From: Heteronotia binoei
Lineage: Eukaryota
Length of the DNA: 64,000 nt
Assembly: GCF_032191835.1 (NCBI RefSeq)
Contig: NC_083233.1
Span: forward strand, 26,784,001 to 26,848,000
Reading direction: 5' to 3'
Shown in pieces: positions 49,060 to 60,276 of the stretch (position 1 is the first letter of the stretch; the number at the start of each line of letters is the position of its first letter). The notes under the pieces were generated by a model. It searched no databases. It had not been told where the DNA came from and saw only the letters and a list, made by a program, of their open reading frames with translations. Position numbers and translations under genes: made by a program.

Positions 49060-50560
49060 TTGGTGCTGTAGCAGTGCGATTCTTCCTCAATCTCCTTTTG
49101 TCCTCAAGACCAGCTATGCGTGCGTTCTCAAAGGAAGAGACAGCCTGGTGGATGGTGTGCCTTCATGCTTTGCGATCTGAGGCTAGGTCAGACCACTGGT
49201 GAAGGTTGATGTGACAAGTGCCAAGGGATTTCTTCAAGGAGTCCTTGTACCTCTTATTTGGTGCCCCTCTATTTCGATGGCCGGTGGAAAGTTCGCCATA
49301 CAGAGTAATCTTGGGAAGGCAGTGGTTTTCCATCCTAGAAATATGCCCTGCCCAGCGCAACTGCATCTTCAACAGCAGTGCTTCGATGCTTGTAACCTCC
49401 GCCCTCTTGAGGACTTCAGTGTTGGTCACGAAGTCACTCCAGTGGATGTTGAGGATGGTGCGAAGGCAGCGCTGATGAAAGCGCTCAAGGAGTCGCAGGT
49501 GATGACGGTATAAAACCCACGATTCGGAGCCGTAGATGAGGGTTGTCATCACAACCGCTTTGTAAACATTGATCTTTGTGCCTTTTTTCAGATGTTTGTT
49601 GCTCCACACTCTTTTGTGCAGTCGGCCAAATGCACGGTTTGCCTTTGCCAGCCTGTTGTCAATCTCCTTGTCGATCTTGGCATCTGAGGAGATGATGCAC
49701 CCTAGGTAGCTAAACTGCTGGACTGTCTTCAGAACTGATTCACCCACAGTGATGCAGGGAGGGTGATAATCTTCCTGGGGTGCAGGCTGGTGGAGAACTT
49801 CTGTCTTCTTCAGACTAACTTCTAGGCCGAATAGCTTGGCAGCCTCTGCAAAGCAGGACGTCATATGCTGCAGAGCTGATACTGAGTGGGAGACGAGTGC
49901 AGCAGCATCAGCAAATAGTAGCTCTCGGATGAGTTTTTCCATTGTCTTGGAGTGAGCCTTTAGTCGCCTCAGGTTGAACAGGCTGCCATCAGTGCGATAG
50001 CGGATGTAGACACCATCATCATCATCTAGATCTACTGCGGCTCTTTGAAGCATCATGCTAAAGAAGATCGTAAAGAGAGTTGGCGCGAGAATGCAGCCTT
50101 GCTTTACACCTGTGCCTATTGGGAAGGGCTCCGAGAGGTCGTTGCAGTGTCTGACTTGGCCTCGCTGGTCTTCGTGTAGCTGGATGATCATGCTGAGGAA
50201 CCTTGGGGGACATCCTAAACGTTCCAAGATTTGCCACAGGCCTTTCCTGCTAACGGTATCGAAAGCTTTAGTAAGGTCGACAAAAGTCACATATAGACCC
50301 TTGTTCTGTTCCCTGCATTTCTCTTGGAGCTGCCTGAGAACAAATACCATGTCGGTGGTGCTCCTGTTAGCTCTGAAGCCGCACTGGCTCTCTGGGAGGA
50401 GTTCTTCTGCAATGGTGGGCACCAGTCTGTTCAGGAGTATTCTGGCAAGGATTTTGCCTGCGATAGAGAGCAAGGTTATCCCCCGGTAGTTGGAGCAGTC
50501 TGACTTTTCTCCTTTGTTCTTGTGTAGAGTGATGATGATTGCATCGCGAAAGTCCTGTGG
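49060..50560 (-). mobile_element. 5'-truncated RTE-clade LINE nested in the Gypsy element (left boundary approximate)
   Basis: Uninterrupted 436-aa frame: NYRGITLLSIAGKILARILLNRL, ESQCGFR, FVDLTKAFD, GVKQGC, LLFADA (FADD mutated), QLRWAGH, GELSTG.R..GAP.KRYKD. Confidence 0.93.
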
Positions 50561-50719
50561 CCAAGGCTACAACACTACCAAACCCCCAGCCCACGGCACC
50601 CAAGGATGCAACCTCCCCACCTGTGGCCCCAAAACTCAGAAGGTCAATGCGCACGAGGCACAAGCCAGCGTACCCACAGGACTACATACAATAGGGCTTG
50701 CGAACTTAGGGGGGAGGGA

Positions 50720-51026
50720 TGTTATGTATGTGCCTTGAAGTATGTACTTCTTGCCGGCTCATTGGAGCCAGGAAAGCAGAGCTTGGGGACTGTATAACAA
50801 TGGGTAGTGGGATCCAAATACCTGCCGCCCTGCACCTATCACAGACCCCTGCCTGTTTGAATGAACCAATGTCAGGCTAGCGTGGAAGATTAGAGTTGTA
50901 TATAGGTTTGGCCTACAGGCCCTTAGTCTGTCTTTGTTGGGAGCAGCCTTCACCATGCTTTCCTTAATAAAGAGCTGTCCTCACTATGATCTCGTCTCTT
51001 CAATGCTTTGAACCCACTGTATTATA
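50720..51026 (+). repeat. Gypsy 3' LTR
   Basis: Preceded by the PPT aggggggaggga. Ends attata and is followed by the TSD ctttc. Confidence 0.93.
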
Positions 51027-51265
51027 CTTTCCATTCCTAATGGCTGCTGTGCTGTGCTGTATTTTCCCTTGTAGTCTGCATTCTCTTGCTTGCCTGCTGC
51101 TCTCCAAACCTTATCCCCTACCCAAACAAATGTACCTTTTGGTTCTCCAGCTACTGCCTGCCCAACCTGATGACTTGCCCTCCTTGTGCCACCAGACATC
51201 CTTGCCTTTTCAGTCTTCCTCTTCATTCTGCTACTGTATTTCAAACTAAGTTTGGTGTAAGTTTG

Positions 51266-51525
51266 GAGAGCCAGTTTGGTGTAGTGGTGTAGTGGTTAAA
51301 TAAACAGACTCTAATCTGGGAAAGTCGGGTTTGATTCCCCACTCCTGCACATGCACCTGTTGAGTGACCTTGCGTCAGTCACAGTTCTTGAAAGAGCTGA
51401 AGTGCTCTCTCAGCCCCACCTACCTCACAGGGTGTCTGTTGTGGGAAGAAGAAGGGAAAAGAGATTGTAAACCACTCTGAGACTCCAAGTGAAGGGTGGG
51501 GTATAAATCCAATCTCCTCCTTCTT
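51266..51525 (+). mobile_element. tRNA-derived SINE of the second family (Squam2-like)
   Basis: Homologous to 37566-37850 along its length. Confidence 0.8.
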
Positions 51526-52228
51526 TGTGGCTGCAGTGTCAAATTCCATCACAGTCTGTGTTACTGTATGTTTGGATTTTTTTTCCTGTCATCTCTCCCA
51601 TAGACTTTCATGTCAAATATGGGCGTCTTTCATTACCTTTAAAAGAAGGAGTTCATTATTCTGTCTGAGATTTGGGAGCATGTATGTCCTGAGAGAGTGC
51701 TAGTATGTCCTGAGAGAGTGCTACAATCTCTCTGAGTTTTTCTAGTTTAGGTGGAAGACCATGAAGGTACAGACCCAAACAGGCAGGCGGGGGTGTCTTC
51801 CATTGAACCAATGGCATATAATTAAAAAAAAATGGGATTATGAAAACAAAACAACAATAACAAAAGGAAGAATAATGAAAAAAACCCAATGATGAAAGCT
51901 CAGCTTCTTGGAATTAATAACAAAAATGAAAGAAACAAAACAAATTCCATACACAAGTCTAGCTGGGCTGAGTGTAAGTGAGTGTCCCAAGGGCACTTAA
52001 TGAACTTCCATGGCGGAGTGGTGATTTGAACCTGGGTCTCCCAGATTCCATCTGACACTATACCAATCCAGCACTTTTGCCACTGAATCAGACCAGCTTT
52101 TAATAGAAAACAGACATTTCATTGTGAAAATTACATCTCCTATAACCACAGTCCATTGATCTTCTGATGGGTGCATGAAGATTATTGAATTGTGACTTTT
52201 GAAATGCTCGTAATATATTTCTGTCTAC

Positions 52229-52391
52229 CACAGGTCAGGGAGAATGAGGAGAAGGCCCTTTTGATGTCCTCCTTCCTCCTTTTTGAAGTCAGGAATCTGC
52301 CAAAATGCACAAAATGCTTTTGGTTCCCCAAAAGGGAAAGGTAGATTGTATAATATATCATCAGCTAGAAACACAACATAAGCCACTTCTT
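52229..52391 (-). CDS. Candidate internal exon of an unidentified gene (EEVAYVVFLADDILYNLPFPFGEPKAFCAFWQIPDF...LILPDL)
   Basis: Pyrimidine-rich acceptor ending ccccag, weak donor GTG|GTAGAC, 163 nt in phase 1 to 2, the only open frame. Phase-compatible with the 44470 candidate. Confidence 0.3.
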
Positions 52392-53154
52392 CTGGGGGGT
52401 GGGGGTGGGAAAGGCACATCAGAGGCCGTTTGAAGAGGCTTCATTCAGCAATCCTTATATATGACAGATGAACAGAAGGCAACAAACAAATTTATTCTCT
52501 GAACCTCCTGAAGAACAGATTAAACATAATCAGCTCCTTATGAATATATACTTTTTAATCTCACTTTTGAGATGAAATACAGCTAAAGCTGTTTGGTCTT
52601 GATAAAAAAAATGTTCTTCATTGTGTTTTGTTTTTTGGTCCCCTATGGAAAAAGAAAAAAGAAAGACAGCTTTGTGTGTATGTGTGTGTGTATGCACACA
52701 CGACCCTCAGATGTATCCTCTTCATTAGGTAAGCCATGCAATGTGGGCGATCTTTTGCTAATTTTCATCTACTCATGAACAGAGAACAAGAGGTAAGGGG
52801 AGGGAAGTCTTTTGTAATACATAATCTTTTCTGGCCTTACCTAACATCTTTGAATAAATTGACATTTGTCATATGAAAGTTCCCACTGCATCTATGTCCT
52901 CTCATTTGTAGCTCTACCCAACAGCGTCTCCAGAGACAGATGGCCATTGGCAAAATTCTCAGTACTAGCCAACCTCCAACTTCTTGGAAGCTGGCTTGTT
53001 CTGAATTAGCCCGTTGGCCCATCTAGGCCAGCACTGTCAAGACCATTGATCCATGAGGATGTGTGGGTGGGTGTTAAATGCCACCAAGTCATTTTGACGT
53101 ATATCAACCCTATGAATTTATGACCTCCCAAACATCCTATTGTTAACAGCCTTA

Positions 53155-53375
53155 CGTAAGTCTTGCAAACTGAGGGCTGTGGTTTCCTTGATTGAGTCAA
53201 TTCATCTCCTGTTGGATCTTACTCTTTTCCTGCTGCCTTTAATTTTTCTTAGCATTATTGCCTTTTCCGGTGACTCTTGTCTTCTTATAATGTAACCAAA
53301 GTATGATAGCCTCAGTTTGGTCATTTTAGCTTCAAGGGAGACTTCAGGCTTGATTTGATCTAGTACTATCTAGTT
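53155..53375 (-). mobile_element. Old RTE/BovB-like LINE fragment
   Basis: Reverse complement ..ctgaagtctcccttgaagctaaaatgaccaaactgaggctatcatactttgg...gataatgctaag.. is the BovB-type ORF end. Confidence 0.7.
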
Positions 53376-53574
53376 TGTACACTCTGCTAGTTACAGGTTG
53401 AGGGTGCCTACTGAGAATGCCATGCTATTATCATCCTGAATTTAGAAGCCCACAGCTAGACCGTGTCTCTTCCTTTTGGAGAGGAATAGATGGAATGATT
53501 CACAAGGAGGTAGAAGTGGGGAAATGGAGATTATACTGGTCCTAGAGAAGAAGCTGTCTTGGCCATTTGGTCAC

Positions 53575-53749
53575 ACAGGAATACAGTTCCGGCTGGCTTG
53601 GGGTCAGGGGGCATGGCCTAATATGCAAATGAATTTCTGCTGGGCTTTTTCTACAAAAAACCCCCTGTGTGAAACAACGGTGATGTCAGGGGGTGTGGCC
53701 TAATGTGCAAATGAGTTCCTGCTGGGCTTTTTCTACCAACAAAGTCCTG
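53575..53749. mobile_element. hAT-type MITE with duplicated octamer/CACCC unit (reverse orientation)
   Basis: ATGCAAAT at 53623 and ggggtgtggcctaatgtgcaaat at ~53690-53711. Ends aaagtcctg. Confidence 0.75.
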
Positions 53750-54422
53750 CTTAAAACCATGAGGAACTAAGACATTCTTGTGTCTGCCTGGAATCCCTCT
53801 TGACCTGGAGATTGCCCTGGGAAAAGACTTCACACAGAGGTACCAAGGTAATGAAATATTTCTGACTACTTGCTCAGTTTGCTCTGTAATGGCATAAGGT
53901 ACCTGTACTTTTATTTCACTTGTTTTTGAATGCTGTAGTATAAACTCTGGGATCCAGCATTTGCCCCATGGATCATATATAGCCACAGACAGGCCCAAAG
54001 GGTGGGGCAACAGTTAAACCGCTCAACCCTGTGGTACACAATTGAAGGTAGTGGTTTCCAAGATCTCCAAGGTGAGGAGAGCAGGAAAGTGACCAAGCAG
54101 AGAACATAAAGGTAGCAAAAGAAAAAAAATAGTCTGAGATCAGACCACTCAAATTACATATATTTTAAAAAGAACAGATTCCTGGGAGTACAGAAAGGAG
54201 AGCTGGGCTGGATGGAGATCCAGTTGGCTGAGCAGGTTCCCTGCACCACCAGAGAACACGATCTTACAAAGACTAGTTCTCCACTGTCACCATGAAGGTC
54301 TGACTTTCTGAAGCCCATTTTCCTATGTGACTGTTGAGACAGGAAATAGAATCTTGTGGGGATGACTTTCCCAAGAAATGGCTGTGTGAAACAAGCCTTT
54401 ATCACTAACGTACGGTAGTACA

Positions 54423-54612
54423 TAGGGCTTTTTTTGTAGAAAAAGCGCAGCAGGCTTGGCATAGGCCACACCCCCTGACATCAACGTTGTTTTGCATGGG
54501 GCTTTTTGTATAAAAGGCCCAGCAGGAACTCATTTGCATATTAGGCCACACCCCCTGATGCCAAGCCAGCCGGAACTGCATTCCTATGTGTTCCTGCTCA
54601 AAAAAAGCCCTG
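54423..54612. mobile_element. hAT-type MITE with octamer/CACCC unit
   Basis: 8-bp TSD gtagtaca (54415-54422 and 54613-54620). ATTTGCAT at 54532. Confidence 0.88.
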
Positions 54613-55122
54613 GTAGTACATAATACTTTCTACAAAGGGATTGCAAATGATGGGGCACTTGGCCTGATTCATATGTATACAAAGCTGCCTTATTCTGAGT
54701 CAGGACCAATGTAGTCAGAACCACTTAGTATTTTCTGTAGTGATAGATAACAGCATTCTGGGATTGCAGGCAGTGATTTTCCCATCACCTACTACTTTTC
54801 CTCAGCTGAAAATGCCAGGTAGTGATCTTTGAATGTTTTGCTTGCAGTGTGTGCATACTCTTATACTAAACTCTGTCCTCTCCCCTAGTAATCCTCCTAG
54901 ACATTCAAGAGAATTTTTGGGATGCAAGACATGCACATTTTTTGATCTCCTGAAGGTTGTGTCTGAGACCCTGTAGCAGAAGAAGGTGGTAGAATCTGAG
55001 GCAGTAGAAGAGACTGTTGTAAATCAGACTTCTGGTGGATGGTCACCTTTCTTTTGACACAGGAGCACATTCAAGAAGCATCTCAAAGGGTACCTCCAGA
55101 AGTATTCTGCAAAAGTCCTTTC

Positions 55123-55286
55123 CAGGGCTTTTTTTGTAGCAGGAACTCCTTTGCATATAAGGCCACACACCCCTGATGTAGCCAGTCCTCCAAGAGCTTA
55201 CAGGGTTCTTCATATAGAGCCTACTGTAAGCTCTTGGAGGATTATCTACATCAGGGGTGCATGGCCTAATATGCAAGGGAGCCCTG
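55123..55286. mobile_element. Palindromic hAT MITE (CAGGGCTTTTTTT family)
   Basis: 8-bp TSD gtcctttc/gtcctctc (one mismatch). Confidence 0.85.
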
Positions 55287-55574
55287 GTCCTCTCCATTCT
55301 CCCATCTCAAGAACCTACCACCTCATTTGCCTGCAAGTGTTTTAGGACCAGTTCCAAAACAATGTGCTGATTTCACTGAAAGTATTGGTCAAAAAGTTAT
55401 TATATTACCATTTGTTACGTTTATAAAGATACTACATTTGCAATGTGAAATTTGGTCATCATCAACAAATGTGGCAGATCTGCCTGACCTTGTTCTATCT
55501 TTGCAGTGGATGGGGCAAAGCCACCACTGGAAACTCCTTTTTACATCATTGCTTGCATTTCTGCATCAAAACGG

Positions 55575-55960
55575 AGGGGAATTGGCTCAATGGTGGAGTA
55601 TTTACTTTGCATACCAAGGTCCCGGGTTAAGCCTCTGACATCTCCTCTTAAAAGTATCAGTATGTGATGTGAAAGACATCTACTTGAGACGCTGAAGAGA
55701 TGCTACCATTCACCAGGGCTCTTTTTCTAGCAGGAACTCCTCTGCATACTAGGCCATGTCCCCCTGATGTAGCCAATTTCCAGGAGCTTAGAGGGCTCTT
55801 AGTACAGGGCCTATTGTAAGCTCCAGGAGGATTGGCTACATCGGGGGGCTTAGCCTAATATTCAGAGGAGCTCCTGCTAGAAAAAGAGCCCTGCCAATCA
55901 CAATGGAAAGCACTGGCCTTGATAGACCAAGGGTCTAACTCAGTAGAGGGAAGCCATGCT
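55575..55960 (+). mobile_element. Squam3/MIR-type SINE split by a palindromic hAT MITE (MITE 55714-55893)
   Basis: tRNA head at ~55575-55650. MITE TSD ccattcac/ccaatcac (55706-55713 and 55894-55901). The SINE tail ttgatagaccaagggtc...ctcagta follows. Confidence 0.8.
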
Positions 55961-56303
55961 CATCAAAGTATGAGGACTGTGTTTGTTCTTGCTCTCATTT
56001 GGGCTACATCAGCCAAGGTATGGCTTGCTCCAATTGCTCCACTGCCGCAGCAAACAATAGCAATGAGTATATCAAGACTGTAGCTTACAGGCGCAGTGCA
56101 AATGCAATGCATTTTTCTCTAATGAGATTTTCTGATTTCTTCCAACATTCTTGATCTTTAAAGAAAAAAAAATACAATCAAGTGGAACAAGCCTGCGTCT
56201 GAGTGGCATTTCACAGTTATTCAGAATTATGAATTCTGACTGACTACCAGATGTTAAATCAGTGGAAACTGCCTGTACAATGATTGCCAATTGAGCAACA
56301 AAC

Positions 56304-56441
56304 CTCTTCAAAGTGGTTTGGATCTCTTCTCAGCAAACTGTTCAATCTATTTAATGCCGGTACTGCATTACCCAAGATGTAGAGCAGTTTTCTATTTACT
56401 GAAATGCTAGCAGCATTATATTGCTTGCTCGTGAACTCTAT
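56304..56441 (-). CDS. Very tentative exon (IEFTSKQYNAASISVNRKLLYILGNAVPALNRLNSLLRRDPNHFEE)
   Basis: aatttag acceptor, GAG|GTTTGT donor, 138 nt open. Splice sites are weak. Confidence 0.18.
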
Positions 56442-57596
56442 CTAAATTAACACCCACCTCTGCTGTTACACTTCAAAGAAAGAAACATTTACTTCCTTTG
56501 CAGCTTTTTGAAAATACAAAGGGAGAGAGGGAGAATATAAATAACAAACATTGGTGGTGTGTTTGAAGAATATTTTAAGTTTCGCTTGCTGGATTGGAAA
56601 AACAAAAACACAAGGTTGCAGAAATGTTTTCTTTCTTCCCCTTCAGCAAAGAAATGGGCTTTATTTTGATTGTCACCCGCTTTCGCTTTGTGGCTTGGAT
56701 AAAATCTTGAGAGCAGAACAATCCTGAAGAACTGTAGAATCTGGCGATAAAATGGCCTGCTGATAAGGAAATGTCTCTTGGGAAAGCGGCATTAGGGTGA
56801 GTTTACACAATCAAGATGTGAGCAGTTATCTTCCTGCTCTCTGTCACCAGGTCTTGGGAAAAGACATCTGTGAATTTTATTATTCAATTCACATCTTCTA
56901 CAGAGGAGGTTTGCATTTATTTATTTATTTGCGTGTGGGGTTTTCATTTATTTATTTATTTGCCTAAAAAATAGAAAGAAAGAAAACCAAGGCAAAGCCT
57001 AGTATGACTACAAGGCTTATGGCAAAAAAAAAAAAAAGACAAATGAAGTAAACCAAACACAGTCAACCTCTCTAGGCAAATAGTGATACCTACAGAGAGA
57101 TTATGGCATTGCCACTAAGACAAAATACTTTGCAGAGCCATCAACAATTATTGACAGGGCAGGGGGAAAGACTGTTTCACTTTAGCAAAGACATATTTAA
57201 CACATTACACATAGGCAACGATCCAGAAAAAGAATAGAGAGCCAGAACAACTCTGAACTGACAACTGTATTCTCACATCCAAGTTTTGATATAAATGTGT
57301 AAAGAGCCACAGAGAAGACAGAAAACAACCAAAGCACATGGATATTGAAAATATAAACTCACTTTTATGATTCATTCATCTTATTGTGACACTGAGAAGA
57401 TTAATCAAGTCAGAGTGGTACATGGGACACCTAAAACAATACAAGTGCTTCTAGGCAGAGTGGGGATTTCAATCCAGATCTTTCCTGGCCTAGCCTGGCA
57501 TTTCTACCACTACATCACACTAGCTTTCAAGTTGTGTTTCTGTACATAACCATTGTCTTACTCAGTCTTTTACCCATGAAGAATTCACTCTTCGTG

Positions 57597-57790
57597 TCCT
57601 GATCTGGATAGCCCAAGCAAGCCTGATCTTGTCAGGTCTCAGACCCTGTGGTTAGTACTTGGATGGAAGACTTCATTGAAATACCCAGTCAGGAGAATAG
57701 GGACAGGCTCTATTCAGCTATGTCTCTGAATATCCTCCAGGCCCCCAGTAGGAGTCAGTTTACCAGGATCAACATGACTTCCAGGTATAC
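57597..57790 (+). mobile_element. 5S rRNA-derived SINE (internally deleted head)
   Basis: gcctgatcttgtcag...tggttagtacttggatggaagac 5S head. The body tgaatatcctccaggccccc...catgacttccagg is shared with 32367-32579. Confidence 0.8.
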
Positions 57791-59554
57791 ATATGTGGGA
57801 CACAGCTTTAGTTGGGAAGGCCACAAACATGTTTAAGTAACATCCTAAAGGGTTAACACATGCCTATGCCTAACTGAGAAGAAGTAAAGACAGAAGAGTT
57901 ATCAACATTCCAGTTATCTATAACAGAAACATAACTTGCACTATGCCTTACCTTACTGAATCTCTACTGTGTTTCTAAGTAACAATAGAAGTAGGGCAGT
58001 TCTTAAAGCCCAAACTAGACTTATCTGGTCAAGGTGCATGTGAAGTAGAATTTCTTTCTGCAGCATAAATCCTGACCACTGAACTGATGCCAACCTGGCA
58101 AAATGTATCAGTAGTGCGTAGCTGGCTCTCGCGATGAAATTATGCTAGATGTTGCAGCCAATTAGTATGTGTATATGCTAACATGTGCCAACGTGTTATC
58201 AAGGCTATATAAAGTACAGCCCACCCTGAAAGGGGGAAGAGGAGCTTAGCATGAAGGCTTTGGCTTAGCTCTGCTCTGCTCTCCGTTTATTGCAATAAAC
58301 TTTTTTCCCTCCCCCTCCATGGGACTTTGTTGAGTGTTTCTATAGGTCAAGGGCACTTAGAGCACAAATTTGTGTAACACACACAAATTTACAAAAAAAA
58401 AATTTTTTTTTCTACAGAGGTTTCTGGCACTGAAAACCAGCCAGTCCTCACTACTTTTTGTTTGGGATGTTTAAACGTGCATGAAGTCCAAGATGCCCTG
58501 CCTCTAATGGAGCACAGATACACTGAATAAATAGAGGCTGTAGTAGGGAAACAAGCATCCATTTGTCTGAGGACCACAGAAAACCAGAGTTGGTCTTGCA
58601 GAAGTCAAGTAGTTCTGGCTAAATTACTTCATGTCATCATTCTCAGTGTACCAATGCCAAATCTTCTAAGCCTCTCCACCAACGAAACCAAGTTTATACC
58701 CTGACCTTTTCTGTTGCCCTTTAAATTTTTCAATTATTTAAAATCCTCTGTGATAGAAAAGGGATTGCACACAGCATTCAGGATACCATTTTCTTCTTCT
58801 GAATACATCTTTTACCTTCCTCTAAATCCTTTTCCTAAATTCGAGTTTAAATTTTAAATAATTTCAGCCCACTCCCATGATGGCATGACTCGGTGAGTGT
58901 ACTGAAGGCATTTAAACATTAAACACATTCAATTCACTTGCCAAATCATGCCACCGTGGTGCCACGACTCATCAAGTGAAATTCTCCATTGTACCTTATG
59001 AGGATGATGGCCATCGGGTATAATGGAGCCAAATAAATATGGGTTTCCCAATTATTTATCCAAATCTCAATGCAATACCAATATTGAGATTCAGTAATAT
59101 TCATGAATGCCAATTTTTGGGGGTCCAGTAGATCTGAGGGTTTTTTGAAAAAAATTGCATACCCCTACTGGAAACAGCTTCCCTTATCTTCTCACGTGGC
59201 GCCATATTTTTTAAGCTTTCATTGCCTTGTCTTTTCTTGATTTTGTGCAGTGTTGCATTCTATTGTTAAATGATTGTTTTTTTTGCATCCATGGACTTTT
59301 ATGTTTGTTTATTTATTATATTCAATTTATATACCGCCTATTCCCTAAATAGTACAACAAACTAAAAATAAATTACATACCTTAAGGGCAATCCTACAAA
59401 TGTTTTCATGGGAATATAGCCCAGTAAATAAAATAGAACTCACTTCTGAGTAGATCTCCATTCATCCAGTAAGTTGGATCCAGCTTTTTCACTCCCCTTC
59501 TCACTATATCCGTTACATATCATGCCTTTTGTCCAGGTAGGCCCCATGGGAGCA

Positions 59555-59760
59555 GCTGTGCCTTTGGTTCAGTGTTGGAGCATCTTCTTGGCATGCAGAG
59601 GTCCCAGGTTCAACCCCTGGCATCACCAGTTAAAGGATCTGGCAGTAGGTAATGTGAAAGACCTCTGCTTGGGACCCAGGAGAGCTGTTGCCAGCCTGAG
59701 TAAGTAATATTGACTTTGATAGACCAAGGTTTGATTTAGTATAAGTCAGCTTCATGTGTG
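59555..59760 (+). mobile_element. Squam3/MIR-type SINE
   Basis: ggtcccaggttcaacccctggcatc head, gaaagacctctgc...gagagctgttgccag core and agtataagtcagcttcatgtg tail. Confidence 0.8.
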
Positions 59761-60112
59761 ATCTCCAGCATAAACCTCTGGAAAATCAAAAGAAATCCCC
59801 AACCCCTTTTCCACTAGCAGAGAAAGCTAGTTGGATTCAACCCTACATCCTTTTCTTTATTTGCTTCTTGTTTAATTTTTTTTGTCCCATCTTTTGATAT
59901 GCTGTGTATGAATGAATATTATTGCAAATCTTCATTTATTTCTACCCCATGTTGAGAAAGAATTCATGCTTGAGAGGTTGTGGGACAGAATCATCAAAGA
60001 CAAATCAATAATTTGCTTCCAAAATTGCATTGCCATTTTCTCATTGACTTGGGATTTGGTTGGGTTTGACAGCTCTATGCTTTTTGCTTCAATATCTTTA
60101 TAAAGTTTGTAC

Positions 60113-60276
60113 CATCTGACAATGTCGTCGTTCTCTTTTTCATCACACCCATCAATGCCGGGTGTAGCATATGAAATTGACTGATGCTAATTCTAATCCG
60201 AGAGGGTTGCTTGTCTGTTTGGTTAAGATCACTGAGAACATTTGCCAGTGTTGATGCTTTCAACAACATTGCCAAA
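60113..60276 (-). CDS. Tentative exon (LAMLLKASTLANVLSDLNQTDKQPSRIRISISQFHMLHPALMGVMKKRTTTLSD)
   Basis: Strong pyrimidine-rich acceptor ccttctccatttcaatag, weak donor ATG|GTACAA, 164 nt open in phase 2 to 1. Confidence 0.2.

Larger units (their letters stand above)
45553..51026 (+). mobile_element. Ty3/Gypsy LTR retrotransposon, full-structure but decayed, with internal deletions
   Basis: Two homologous LTRs, 5-bp TSD ctttc (45548-45552 and 51027-51031), PBS-like gtggtgacaagg at 45987, and a polypurine tract at 50708-50719. gag/PR/RT/IN order. Confidence 0.95.
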
